A stretch of DNA of 64,000 nucleotides from the human T2T-CHM13v2.0 reference genome, Homo sapiens (GCF_009914755.1 NC_060947.1); one strand, 5' to 3'. Shown: positions 1-18,850, numbered from the stretch's first letter. Translations and numbers: made by a program. The notes: generated by a model from the letters alone, not told the origin.

Positions 1-337
1 AAGTGAGTTAGAAAGGACCTGAGAGAGCACATGGTAAAATCCCCCTCTCACCTCCCCCCAACCCCGACTTTACAGGGGAAGACAGAAAGTCTACGAAGAC
101 AATAGATAGTAAAGCCTTTCAACCACACCAGTGCTATAAATAATGCTAGATTGCTGCCTAATCTTGGGGATAACACAGGAGAATCAGTTGAGGGCAGGTA
201 AAGTGAAAAAGAAGCAAAAGAATGTGAGAGCTGTAAAATGAGTTTAAGTTCCAGTAGGGGAAAATGAGGTTCTTCTTCCTGAATCCTTAGCCAAACCTTG
301 CCAAATAACAGGCTAGGGGGAGAGCAACACAGCCCCT

Positions 338-378
338 GGGTGTGGGTGGGGTGTGGGTGGGGGTGTGGTGGGGGGTGG
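338..378 (+). repeat. G/T-rich simple repeat with G-quadruplex potential
   Basis: GGGGTGTGGGTGGGGTGTGGGTGGGGGTGTGGTGGGGGG: six runs of >=3 G with short loops. Confidence 0.7.
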
Positions 379-1789
379 AGCATGAAGCAGCCAATTTCCA
401 GGTTGGTGTGAGTAAGTGGTAGTTACAGAACATAGAGCCTACCCTCATATAGTCCACAAGGAGTTCCTTTCTGCAAGGTGTGGAAATGTAGTGGAATAAA
501 ACCAGCTCAGTGCAAGAAGAGGAAAAGGCTTGGTTCCTACACTCAAATCATCAATTCCTACAACCTTTCAAAGTTCTCATTCTGATCCACTCCTGATTAA
601 GTGGATAAATCAAATGCCTTTTATTATTTTCTCCTATTCATTTCTTTCTATCTATTCCCAAATAATTCCAGTTGAAAGCATCTTAGGCTTAATCATACTA
701 AAATCATTGCATTTGCATTCAATTACACAGAATTCCATTTTGTTTCCCAGTCTCTTATACACATTTAAGCATTTGATCAAGTTTGTTAATATAAATGGTA
801 AACTCCTAAATTATCATGCCTTTCAACTAAATCAAAACTTCAAATATGTTGCTGCCCCAGAGATGAAATCTGGTGGGATGATTATAATTTATACATCTTT
901 AAATAGCAACTATATTTAAGGACTACCATGACATTTCAGATGGTCGACATCTTGTGTTTTCATGTTTCTGGAGAGAGGCAGGAACATATACAGTGCAATC
1001 ATCACTGAAGTTGTATGTAGTGATACCACAAGTTTGAACTAAATTCTAGCATTACCATCTGTGAGCTGGCAATGAAGAGACCTTTTGCCATAAATGCACC
1101 ACTCACAACATCAGAGACAGAGTGCACAACAAATTCACATGCTTAGGCACTCACACTTAAGCTGATACCTTAATTAATGCAAAGGAAATACATAACTTCC
1201 CTAACAAGTAATATAAAACATGGAGGGCCATGGGAATTTGGAGGAGGTTGCTGCTGCTGCTAATCAAGTACTTCTTCTTCCCAAAACATGGCCTTGCCCC
1301 ACCCCATCCCAGCTTGACTTCTGTTTCTAGGTATGCCCGCCAGGAATAAGATTTATTTTCCATCAACTCAACTGGGAAAACAGTTCCTTTATTTTTGGCA
1401 TTAAAACATTCGCTCCTTTATGTAGGTCAAAACTTTACCCTTAGAAATATTATCTTGCTTTTAGAGAAGCACACTCATTCACTGTATTGCTTTGTAAAAT
1501 TTCACTTTCTAGCCCTATGGTAAATAATTATCAAAGTCTGCTATTTCTCGCACCCCTCTCTCCCTCTCTCTCCGTCCTTGTAATTTACAGCACTTCTCAC
1601 CACTCAGTCTAGCTGACAGGGAAACAAAGAAACAGTACCTTCAATTGGACAAGGTTGGTCTTCTCTATTTGCTTCTCCTCAGATGACCCAGTCTTTTAAA
1701 ATGGCCCTTGAATGCTCAATGTCTGCCTATTCACTCATCTAACTGGGGAACCTCTTCCATGCTTCAGGTCCTCCACTCTGGCAAAATCT

Positions 1790-1935
1790 GTGTCAATCAC
1801 TTAGGATCTTGTTCTTGGTGGTTTAAGTTTTCCATATTTGTCAAATCAAGATAATATCACCTACCTTATATGAACTGTATGAGGAAATAATTTAGCACAG
1901 TGCCTGGGCACACAATAGACTGAGAATAAATGTCA
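1790..1935 (+). mobile_element. MIR fragment
   Basis: degenerate MIR core (aagttttccatatttgtcaaat...ataatatcacctacc) and end motif ttagcacagtgcctgggcacacaatag. Confidence 0.55.
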
Positions 1936-4597
1936 GATTCCTTTGTCTGTTAATAGAAAATAATAATGATTTCAGATATGACTTCCCCTTTGGTAAACTG
2001 TGCATTTAAACATGGCCTTCTGGGAAGAATGGCTCATCCCAAAGGAATGATTGGCAGTGGAAATTATAGAGACTGGGGAACACCGGTGAAACAGATATTT
2101 TGGTGTAGGTGGGATGTTTCTGGATATCCTTGCATTCACTCCACACTGACAGTTGTCTAGTTCTCCTATCTTCAAACTTTAACTCAAATTCCCTGTATTA
2201 TAAGAAAAAGGCTTTGGTACCTTAAAAATCAAAATATCATGAGAAAAAAAAGCAACTGAAATAAGAGAACATGTAAAATAAACCTGAATACAAATGAACT
2301 TCTCCCAAATGAAGAATACTCTTAGGAGCCAGAAGTAAATCTAAGTATTTATGGCTTTTGGTGAATGTGGTTGCTCTTCTATGTAATTTGCTTCACAAAA
2401 AGAATTTAATAAGAATGTTCCAAGAGCTTTTACAACAATTTTAAACCTATTTTTGTAACAATCTGGAATAATATCAAGCCCAAAGAATGAAAGAAACCAA
2501 ACTGAGCTTGTACATAAAACAACATAGTGGAATTATGAATGGCAGCAGGCTAAATGTAAAAGACAGAGGGATACATAAAATATACAGTATTATGGAAAGA
2601 GGCTTGTCATAGGAGTTTCAGTTTTCTCATCTGTAGAACAGTAATAAAAATAATCTCTGCCCTGGAAAAAGCATAGGGCTGCTTTTAGGATCAAATGTAA
2701 TAAACTTAAATAAGTATTTTGGAAACTATAAAATGTAAGAGAGTGGTTTTTGTAAATACAATAGACCCACAAGTATAAAATAATTTCCAAGCATCCATGT
2801 TACTTCCTCATGAACAAATGGAGATTTAAAAAATTGAACCAAAAGAAAATATGGCTCATACACAGGGGAAAAAAGCAGCCAATAGAAACTGCCCCTGAGG
2901 AAGCACAGACATTGGACTTATTAGACAAAAACTTTAAATCAGCTATTTAAAACACATTCAAAGGACTAAAAGAAATCATGTCTAAAGAATTAAAGAAGTG
3001 TTTTATAATGATGTCCCATGACATACACAATACTAACAGAGATAAAAATTATATAAAACACCAAAATAGAAATTCTGGAGTTGAAAAGTAAAATAACAAA
3101 TGAAAGTTCACTAGAAGGACTCAACAGCAAATTTGAGCAGGCAGAATAAAAAATCAGGGAATATGAAGCTTCATCAATTGAGACAATTCGGTATGAGGAA
3201 AAGAAAAAAAGAAGGAACAAAAATGAACAAATCTGCAGAGTCATGTGGGATACCATCAAGCATATCAACATATACATAATGGATATCCCAGAAGCAGGAG
3301 AGAGAAATAGGAAGAAAGAATATTTAAAGACATAATGGCTGAAAACTTCCTAAGTTTCATGAAAAACATAAATTTATGTGTCTAAGAAATTTAACAAACA
3401 TCAACTAGGATAAACTCAAAGAGATCCACACCTATGTATGTCAATCAAACTGTTGAAGTCAGACAATGAAAAAATCATGAAAGCAGTGAAAGAAGAGATT
3501 CATCATGTACAAGTAATCTTCAATAAGATTAACAACTAATTTCTCATCAGAAAGCATGAAAGCCAGAAGGCAGTGAGATGACATTCAAAACACTGAAAGA
3601 AAAAAAAAAAACTGTCATCTAATAATTCTATAACCAGCAAACGTGTCCTTCAAAACTAAAGGGGAAATTAAAAGAAACAGAAACAGAAGCTGAGAGAGTT
3701 TGCTATTAGTAGACATACCCTAGGAGAAATGTTAAAAAGAGTCTTTCAGGCAGATGTAAAAGGACACTAGACAGTAACCCACACTGTAGGAAGAAATAAA
3801 GTATATTAGGAAAGGTAACTACATAGGTAAATAATAAGTACTAGAGTATAAATTAATGAAATTTAAAAATAGAGACAATTCATAAAACCCAAAGTTGCTT
3901 TTTGAAAAGATTAAAAATATTGATATGCCATTAGTTAGACTACCCAGAAACAGAGAGAAGACTCAAATTACTACAATCAAGAATGAAAGAGGGAACACTA
4001 CCACTGATCTTACAGAGCTATAGAGGGTTATACTGGAATACTATAGACATCACATGCCAGCAAATTAGATAGCTTAGACGAAATAGACAAATTCCTACAA
4101 AGACACAAACTACTAAAACTGACTCAAGAAAAAACAGAAAATCTGAATAGATCTATAACAAGTAAAATAATGAATTAGTAATCAAAAACTTCCTGCAAAG
4201 AAATGCCCAGGAACAGATGGCTTCACTGGTAAATACTACCAAATGGTAAACTATAATTAACACCAATCCTCCACAAAATTTTCAAAAAATGGAAGAGAAA
4301 GGAAGAATTTCCAACTCATTCTATGAAGTCAGTGCTACCCTAACACTAAAACCAGGCAAAGACATTACAAGTAAAGAAAACTACAGATCAAAGTGTTGTG
4401 TAAATATAGACACAAAGATCCTTTAAAAATACTAGCAATCTGAATCCAGCAACATATACAAAGGATTATACACCATAACCAAGTAGCATTTAATACAGGA
4501 ATTCAAGGTTGGTTGAGTATATGAAAATCAATCAATGTATACAATATATTCATAGAAATATATTATATAAATCATTATATTAATATAACTTAAGAAT

Positions 4598-4921
4598 AGC
4601 TGGAAACCATCATTCTCAGCAAACTAACACAGGAAAGAAAACCAAACACCACATGTTCTCACTCATAAGTGGGAGCTGAACAATGAGAGCACATGGACGC
4701 AGGGAGGGGAACATCACACACTGGGGCCTGTCGGTGGGTGAGGGGCTAGGAGAGGGATAGCATTAGGAGAAATACCTAATGTAGATGACAGTTTGATGGG
4801 TGCAGCAAACCACCATGGCAGGTGTATACCTATGTAACAAACCCGCACGTTGTGAACATGTATCCTAGAACTTCAGGTATAATACAAAAAAAAAGAAAGA
4901 AAATGCAATCCAAAAAAAAAA
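4598..4921 (+). mobile_element. 5'-truncated L1PA 3' end nested in the old L1
   Basis: gctggaaaccatcattctcagcaaacta...gggatagcattaggagaaatacctaatg...tataat followed by an A-rich tail. Confidence 0.9.
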
Positions 4922-5696
4922 GAAAGGTGAAAAACCACATGATTATCACAATAGATGCAGAAAAAGCATTTGACAAAATCCAACAGCCTTTTGTGATTTA
5001 AAAAAACTCAACAAACTAGTAATAAAAGGGAACTTTCTCAACCTGAGAAGCAATATCTATCTAAAACTCACAACTATCAGTATACTTAAAGGAGAAAAAC
5101 TGAAAGTTTTCTCTTTAAGATGAGAAAAAAGAAAACTATGTCTGTTCTTACCACTTTTATTTGACATTGTACTGGAGGTTATAGCCAGGCAATTAGGCAA
5201 TAAAAGTCCCCAGATTAGAAAGGAAAAAGTAAAATCATATTGACAAGTAACACGACTTTGTACATAGATAATTTTAAGTTATTCAGAAAAAACTATCAGC
5301 TAATCAGTTCAGCGAGATTGTAGAATACACGATTGATATAATAAATTAATTGTATAGACTAACAATGAACACTCTAAAAATGAAATTAATCAAGTAATTC
5401 TATGTACAATTACATCCAAAAAAATTAACACTTAGAGCCTAACAAAAGAAGTGTGAGACTTATACACTGAAAACTACAAAACATCACAACAAGAAATTTA
5501 AAAAGAACTAAGTAAATAAAAAGACGCCCTATATCCATGGATTAGAAGCCTCAGTAGTATGATGGAAACACTCTTCAAATTGATCTACAGATTCAATACA
5601 ATTTCTATCAAAATTCCAGCTGCCTTATTTTTTTAAATGGACAAGATAATCCTAAAATTCATATGAAAGTACTGAGAATAGCCAAAACAATTTTGA

Positions 5697-6128
<432 letters not shown>

Positions 6129-6469
6129 AGAAATTGATTTTTGACAGAGTGCCAAGAATTCAATGGGGGAAAGAATGCTCTTTTTTAAAAAATAAAAATA
6201 TTTGATTTATTAATAACGAACTTAAAGTATCTCTCTTAAATGGGCCAAGAAGCAATTCTATGACAAAAGTGAACCCTACAATATAGATATTCCCAGAAGA
6301 CAATTTTCCAGGACATCCAGCCAAACAATTTTCACCCAGTCACAAAGGTCATTTTCATTGAAGCCTACAGCCATTTCTTTTTCTAATTCTATTGTCTCAT
6401 TTCCTTCTAAACATGATTTTAATTAAGCATATACCTGTCAAAGACTTATCTTTGCAAAAGACATGGGAA

Positions 6470-6722
6470 TAGCAGTCAGGAAGAGGACTTTGAAGCCCAG
6501 TCACTCTACAGATCCAAAGTTTAATGGCTGTGTGCCCTTGTAACTTAGCCTCTTTGCATCTGTTTCCTTGTCTGCAATGGTATTAGGTTGGTACAAAAGT
6601 AATTGTGGGATATTTACCTTATAAGGGTGTTGATGATTAAATACATGAGTGAATAACTTAAAATGTATAGAACAGTGCCAAGCATGTACTAAATGCTCAA
6701 AAGAGTTTGAGCTATTATCATT
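6470..6722 (+). mobile_element. MIR within the insert
   Basis: ggctgtgtgcccttg...ctgtttccttgtctgcaatgg...tagaacagtgccaagcatgtactaaatgctcaa. Confidence 0.7.
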
Positions 6723-6924
6723 CCGGCTTTTTCATCAAACCAAATAGTATCTTCCTAAGCAACCTAGGGATTACAATGACAAACCTAGTCAAAGGTAAAT
6801 CAAAGGATTAAATATGTTCAGGAATATAGAGATCAATTTGTGAATACAGAGTAAAGATACTATAATCAATCCCTAGTTATTATTTTTCACAATGGTTTCT
6901 GAAATATGGTACCTAGTTATCATT

Positions 6925-7053
6925 ATTATTTTTATAGCTACAGGGGTCTCGCTATGTTGCCCAGGCTGGTCTCCAACTCCTGTGCTCAAGCAATCCTCCT
7001 ACCTCAGCCTCCCAAAGTGCTAAGATTACAGGTGTGAGCCACTGTGCCCAGCC
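6925..7053 (-). mobile_element. FLAM / Alu left monomer
   Basis: single ~130-bp monomer ggggtctcgctatgttgcccaggctggtc...gagccactgtgcccagcc flanked by cctagtt. Confidence 0.85.
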
Positions 7054-7679
7054 CCTAGTTTTTAAAATGATTTCATTTATGTGTGTGAACCGAAACATTT
7101 TGAAAATACTAAAAATTACTATCAATATTTGTCTTACTCATTCTTCAGATTATCCTTTAGATTTTCAGTAGTGCCACATAATTTTATAACTAAATTTTAT
7201 TATAGCTGAACACTTCAAAGAGTTGTAGTTTTGAAATAAATAAATTTTGCTATGATTAGAAAAAATCTATTCAGAAAGTACAATACACATGAATTTATGG
7301 CACTTGTCCAAATATTACCAGCAAACAAATTATTGTGTAAAGTTGTTTCTTACATATAGGGTCTAATATGCAAAGAAAAATGGAATTTGTATTCAAAACA
7401 AATAGAAGCAACACTGGCTCCTATATACTAAAAATATAAGACAGATTTTTTTCTTAAACCGTCTGGATACAAATGAATGAATAAATGAATGCTCTTTTCA
7501 TTCATAATGAAAGAAATTCAAAATGAAATTCAAAATTCATAATGAAATAAATTCAAAATGAAAGAATGCTCTTGTCAACAAATGGTGGTGGGAGACCTGG
7601 ATATCACATGCAAAAGAGTACATTTGGATCCCTATCTAATACCATATACAAAAATAAATTCAAAATAGACCAAGGGTTA

Positions 7680-7849
<170 letters not shown>

Positions 7850-9069
7850 TAGACCAAAGGTTAAAATGTAAGAGCAAAAATGACAGAACTTTGAGAAGAA
7901 AACATAGGGTTTTGTGAACTTGGGTTAAGCAAAAGCATATTTAATGGCCAAAGAAAAAATAGATAAATTGGATTTCATCAAAATTTAAAACTTTTATGAA
8001 TCAAAAGATACCATCAAAAAGTGGAATGATGACCCACAGAATGGGAGAAAGTTTTTGCAAACCATATATCTGAAGAGTCTTGTATCCAGAATATCTAAAG
8101 AACTCTTACAAGTCAAAAATAAAAAGGCAAATACCCAATTTAAAAAAAAATGGACAAAGGATCTGAATAAACATTTCTCCAAAGAAGATATAGAAATTGC
8201 CAATGAAAAGATGCTTAACATCATAAGCCATAAATGAAATGAAATCAAAACCACAATGAGATACTATTTCACAACCACTTAGATGGCTGTAATAATAATT
8301 TTAAAAATGGAAAATAACAGGTGTTAGGATATGGAGAAAACAGAATCCTCATACAATGCTGGTGGGAATGTAAAATGGTGGATTCATTGCAGAAAACAGT
8401 TTGGTGGTTCTTCAATCAGATAAACATAAAATTACATATAATCCAGCAATTCTGCTCCTAGGTATATGCCCCAAATAACTGAAAGCAGGAACTCAAACAG
8501 ATACTCGTACACCAATGTTTGTGGTATCATTATTCACAATAGCCAAAAGGTGGAAACAGCCAAAATGTCCAACAACAGATGCATGGATAAACATAATATA
8601 TTGTTTCTATACAATGAAATACTATTCAGCCATAAAAAGGAATGAGTACTGATACATGCTACATTGTGGATGAACCTTGAAAACATTATGCTAAGAAAGC
8701 CAGACATAAAAAAAACTATATATGATATGATGCCATTTATATGAACTATCAGAATAGGTTAATCCATAGAAATATGAAGTAGATTAGGGGTTGCCAGGGG
8801 TCAGGGGTAAGGGGCATAATGGAGTTTCTTTTTGAGATGATTCAAATATTCTGGAGTTAGAGGTGATGGTTGCAGAACTTGGTCAATATACTAATAACCA
8901 CTGAATTGTACATTTTAAAAGGGTGAATTTTATAGTATGTGTATTTTACTCAATAAAAAAAAGACAACAAAAAGGGCACTAACCAATTAGGAAGAATTTG
9001 CAACCCCAAATTCAGAACCAAACTTCCTATTGTCTGGTGTTAAGAAGGTGATTGAAAAATTCTACTCTT

Positions 9070-9372
<303 letters not shown>

Positions 9373-9625
9373 CTACTCTTTATAGGTATGACTTGGTATC
9401 CCCTCCTGTGAAAAGATATTTCCTTGGGATAATTCTAAGAAGGAACCTTTATTTTATTTTTCTACTTCAACTTGCCTGAGAACTATGATGCCAGCACATC
9501 AATTATCTTATTACACCAAAAATCTCAGGGGTCTCAATCTTGCAAAAGGATTTTTCACAGATTTGCTTTCAGTATTCATTTAGCCCATGGAAAGTGAGAT
9601 ATACAAGGAGAAGAGCCATCAAGAA

Positions 9626-10222
9626 TGTAAACCAAAAATAAAATTCTAAGGCCCCTCAACCATCTGAATGGACCACTCCTTGCTCAGCCCAGGGTGTCCC
9701 AAAGTTAACCTGGAAAAACTAGTTCAGGCCATGATGGGAAAGGGAGCCAGATATGCCTCATTATACCCTCCTCCCACCCTTTTGGAATTACTGATAGAGC
9801 AGACTCTATAATCTGACAGGAAACACTTGCAATCTATTCTCTCCGAAGCCTGCTACCTGGAGGCTTCATCTGCACAATAAAACCTTGGTCTCCACAATTC
9901 CTTATTGTAACCCAGGTATTCCTTTCTATTGATTATAAGTGCTTCAACCAATTGCCAATCAAAAAATCTTTGAAACCATCTATGACCTGGAAGCCTACAT
10001 TTCCGGTTTTCCTACCTTTCCGGACCAAACCAATGTACATCTTACATGTATTAATTGATACATATCTCCCTAAAATACATAAAACCAAGTTGTGGCCCAA
10101 CCACCTTGGGTACACATTCTCAGGATCCCCTGAGGGCTGTGTCATGGGCCATTGGTCACTCATATTTGGCTCAGAATACATCTCTTCAAATATTTTACAG
10201 GGTTTGACTCTTTTCCTCAACA
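9626..10222 (+). mobile_element. Solo LTR, MER4-type (ERV1)
   Basis: TG...CA termini (tgtaaaccaaaaataaaattctaaggcccc ... tttgactcttttcctcaaca), 597 bp, 4-bp TSD agaa at 9622-9625 and 10223-10226. Confidence 0.85.
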
Positions 10223-11323
10223 AGAAGCAGCAGTATAACTAGTTCTGTATGATAAGGGCCTATAGAGTTTTAGCACAAGAAGAAGCACTGGGAAAAAAAA
10301 AGAGTTCAGGGGAGAGGTTCCAAGATGGCCGAATAGGAACAGCTCCAGTCTACAGCTCCCAGCATGAGTGATGCTGAAGACAGGTGATTTCTGCATTTCC
10401 AACTGAGGTACCGGGTTCATCTCACTGGGGCTTTTCGGACAGTGGTTGCAGTCCACGGAGCGTGAGCCGAAGCAGGGCAGGGCATCACCTCACCCGGGAA
10501 GTGCAAGGGGTTGGGGAATTCCCTTTCCTAGCCAAAGGAAGCTGTGACAGACGGTATCTGGAAAATCGGGACACTCCCACCCTAATAGTGTGCTTTTCCA
10601 ATGGTCTTAGCAAATGGCACACCAGGAGATTATATCCCGCGCCTGGCTTGGAGGGTCCCACGCCCACGGAGCCTTGCTCACTGCTAGCACAGCAGTCTGA
10701 GATCGAACTGCAAGGTGGCAATGAGGCTGGGGGAGGGGCGTCTGCCATTGCTGAGGCTTGACTAGGTAAACAAAGCGGCCAGGAAGCTCAAACTGGGTGG
10801 AGTCCACTGCAGCTCAAGAAGGCCTGCCTGCCTCTGCAGACTCCACCTCTGGGGGCAGGGCATAGCTGAACAAAAGGCAGCAGAAAGTTCTGCAGAGTTA
10901 AACGTTCCTGTCTGACAGCTTTGAAGAGAGTAGTGGTCCTCCCAGCATGGAGTTTGAGATCTGAGAACAGACAGACTGCCTCCTCTACTGGGTGCCTGAT
11001 CCCCAAGTAGCCTAACTGGGAGGCACCTCCCAGAAGGGGCCAACTGACACCACGTACGGCCAGGTGCCCCTCTGAGATGAAGCTTCCAGAGGAACTATCA
11101 GGCAGCAACATTTGCCATTCTGCAACATTTGCTGTTCTGCAGCCTCTGCTGGTGATACCCAGGCAAACAGGGTCTGGAGTGGACCTCCAGCAAACTCCAA
11201 CAGACCTGCAGCTGAGGTTTCTGACTGTTAGAAGGAAAACTCACAAACAGAAAGGACATCCACACCAAAACCCCATCTGTATGTCACCATCATCAAACAC
11301 CAAAGGTAGATAAAACCACAAAG

Positions 11324-12349
11324 ATGGGGAGAAACCAGAGCAGAAAAGCTGAAAATTCTAAAAATCGGAGCACCTCCTCTCCTCCAAAGGAATGCAGCTC
11401 CTCACCAGCAACAGAACAAAGCTGGAAGGAGAATGACTTTGACGATTTGAGAGAAGAAGGCTTCAGATGATCGGTAATAACAAACTTCTCTGAGCTAAAG
11501 GAGGATATTCAAGCCCATCGCAAAGAAGCTGAAAACCTTGAAAAAAGATTAGATGAATGGCTAAGTAGAATAAACAGTGTAGAGAAGCACTTAAATGGAG
11601 TGAGTGCTTCTCTGATGGAGAAGAAAACCATGGCACAAGAACTACGTGATGCATGCACAAGCTTTAGTAGCCGATTCGATCAACTGGAAGAAAGGGTATC
11701 AGTGACTGAAGATCAAATGAATGAAATGAAGCGAGAAGTTTAGAGAAAAAAGAGTAAAAAGAAATGAACAAAGCCTCCAAGAAATATGGGACTATGTGAA
11801 AAGACCAAATCTACGTCTGACTGGTGTACCTGAAAGTGACAGGGAGAATGGAACCAAGTTGGAAAACACTCTGCAGGATATTATTCAGGAGAACTTCCCC
11901 AACCTAGCAAGGCAGGCCAACATTCAAATTCAGGAAATACAGAGAACGCCACAAAGACACTCCTCGAGAAGAGCAACTCCAAGAAACATAATTCACCAAA
12001 GTTGAAATGAAGGAAAAAATGTTAAGGGCAGCCAGAGAGAAAGGTCGGGTTACCCACAAAGGGAAGCCCATCAGACTAACAGCTGATCTCTCGGCAAAAA
12101 CTCTACAAGCCAGAAGAGAGTGGGGGCCAATATTCAACATTCTTAAAGAAAAGAATTTTTAACCCAGAATTTCATATCCAGCCAAACTAAGCTTCATCAG
12201 TGAATGAGAAATAAAATCCTTTACAGGAAAGCAAATGCTGAGAGATTTTTGTCACCACCAGGCCTGCCTTACAAGAGCTCCTGAAGGAAGCACTAAACAT
12301 GGAAAGGAACAACTGGTACCAGACACTGCAAAAACATGCCAAATTATAA
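11324..12349 (+). pseudogene. L1 ORF1p remnant (disrupted)
   Basis: starts atggggagaaaccagagcagaaaa (MGRNQSRK); fragment KRPNLRLTGVPESDRENGTKLENTLQDIIQENFPNL; broken by indels and stops. Confidence 0.92.
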
Positions 12350-12411
12350 AGACAATCAAGGCTAGGAAGCAACTGCATCAACTAACGAGCAAAATAACCA
12401 GATAACATCAT

Positions 12412-16240
<3,829 letters not shown>

Positions 16241-17503
16241 CAATGAAAACAACTGGACACAGGGTGGGGAACATCACACACTGAGGCCTGTCGCAGGGTG
16301 GGGGGAGGGGGGAGGGATAGCATTAGGAGATACACCTAATGTAAATGACGAGTCAATGGGTGCAGCACACCAACATGGCACATGTATACATATGTAACAA
16401 ACCTGCACGCTGTGCACATGTACCCTAAAACTTAAAAGTATAAAAAAAAAGAGTTCAGTAAATAGTTCTTATTTGGCTAAAATCTTAGGTTCAAAAGTCA
16501 AAAGTATTCTTAAACCATGAATAAAATATTGAAAGTTTATAGTTTCCTGGGGGAGTAAAATTCATTCCTACCGTTAATATTAACAGGGACTGTGTGAATG
16601 ACTGGATACCAAGCCAGAAACATGGCATAGGAGGTTGTTATATTTCTGAAATTTCCATCATATTCCCAGCTTCATCAAATATAACCATCAAATGCTTTCA
16701 GAACATAGCTACACTCTTTCCTCTAAACTAATGTTGCTGGCTTTCTATCTGATAAGTACAAATTCAACAAAGGCCAACTTCTAAAACTGGCTAAGTGAAT
16801 TTAAAGGCTTATATGTTTTGATCCGCAGGTATCTTAGGACAGCATATGCAATGTTTTGAGGCTTATTGTTACAAAAAGAGAAAAAGTACAAATTCCAAAT
16901 CCATTCCAAATCCACAAAGGAAACAAATGATTCTGTGGGCAGTCTCTATGGGGAAATCTGCCTCCCTAGGCTCTGAGTAAACGCAGAGCCCTATGGGCTA
17001 AGGCTATAGGAATATAATGTTTACTGCCAAGTACTGCATTTACCAAGTCATTAATTCTCTTTACAAAGAGCCGCTTACAAGACTCCCTGTTTGCACTATT
17101 GTTTGACATCAGTAGATGAGGATCCTGGAGTCTAGAACAGAGGGAAAATATGTCTTAAGAAGTATGACTTTTTGTGTCGATGGTTTAAGCATTTTAACAA
17201 TCTTTAAATCCACTCTTCTATTTGTTGTTGTTCTTTATAACCCCTCCATTCAGAGGTCGTTGTTTAGCTATCCTAAAAAAACTAGACTCCAGCTATCTCA
17301 ATATTTGCATTCACAAACCAATGAGGTTGTTTACTTAGTTGTGGCTTCTCCCAAGCAACATCAAAAACAGTGTGTCCTGACATTAATTATTCTAATGTGG
17401 TAAGAATCCCTGTAGAGAACCATGAAATAAACTACTAGTTGACATCAGAATTGTTATCCTAATTGGTTGATGGATTTGAAGCTGCTTAATGACATGTGGC
17501 CTT

Positions 17504-17811
<308 letters not shown>

Positions 17812-18339
17812 TCAAATACATAACACACCAATATGTTAATTAGCAAGTGATTATAAACATTACTAAAGAGCCCTCTTTTTAAAAAATTTTACGCAACCAA
17901 CATTTTATCTCCATTATACTCTAGCTGACCTTTGCTATCAACTATTTCCTGCTTGCAACTTACAAATAGGGTATGGCATACAGAGTACCTATGAAGCCAT
18001 ATAATTCACAGTAAAAATTCTCTTCAGAATCTGCTATGGATGTCCACGCGAATCAAGGCCACCAAGTAATTCTGGTGGATGTATTTGACCTAACTGCTAT
18101 ATATTTACACATAAAACAAAATGTTACATTACACTTGTAATATACATTCTTACATGCTGTGAACACTGATTCATTTCAGGTTTTAAATTTCATGCTCAGC
18201 TTACAAATTGTATTACCTATGAGAAATCACATTCTGGCATTCAAATAAAACCGTTATTATTTGCTTGTCCAATACATTATAAACCAATTTGACCTGTAGT
18301 CATAGATATATTGGGCCTCCATGGATCATCTTCTAATGA

Positions 18340-18823
<484 letters not shown>

Positions 18824-18850
18824 TCAGTCTATGATTCTTTGAGATTGCTA

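Larger units (their letters stand above)
6183..7559 (-). pseudogene. Putative retroposed non-coding insert (3'UTR-only retrocopy or orphan transduction) inside the old L1
   Basis: flanked by gaaagaatgctctt at 6169-6182 and 7560-7573; L1 is continuous across the insert; short T-run at 6181-6186 with TTTATT (AATAAA on minus) at 6206-6211. Confidence 0.6.

Noticed and set aside
7501-7560. Short repeated units as a CRISPR-like array
   Set aside because: Irregular units, no unique spacers, eukaryotic context.
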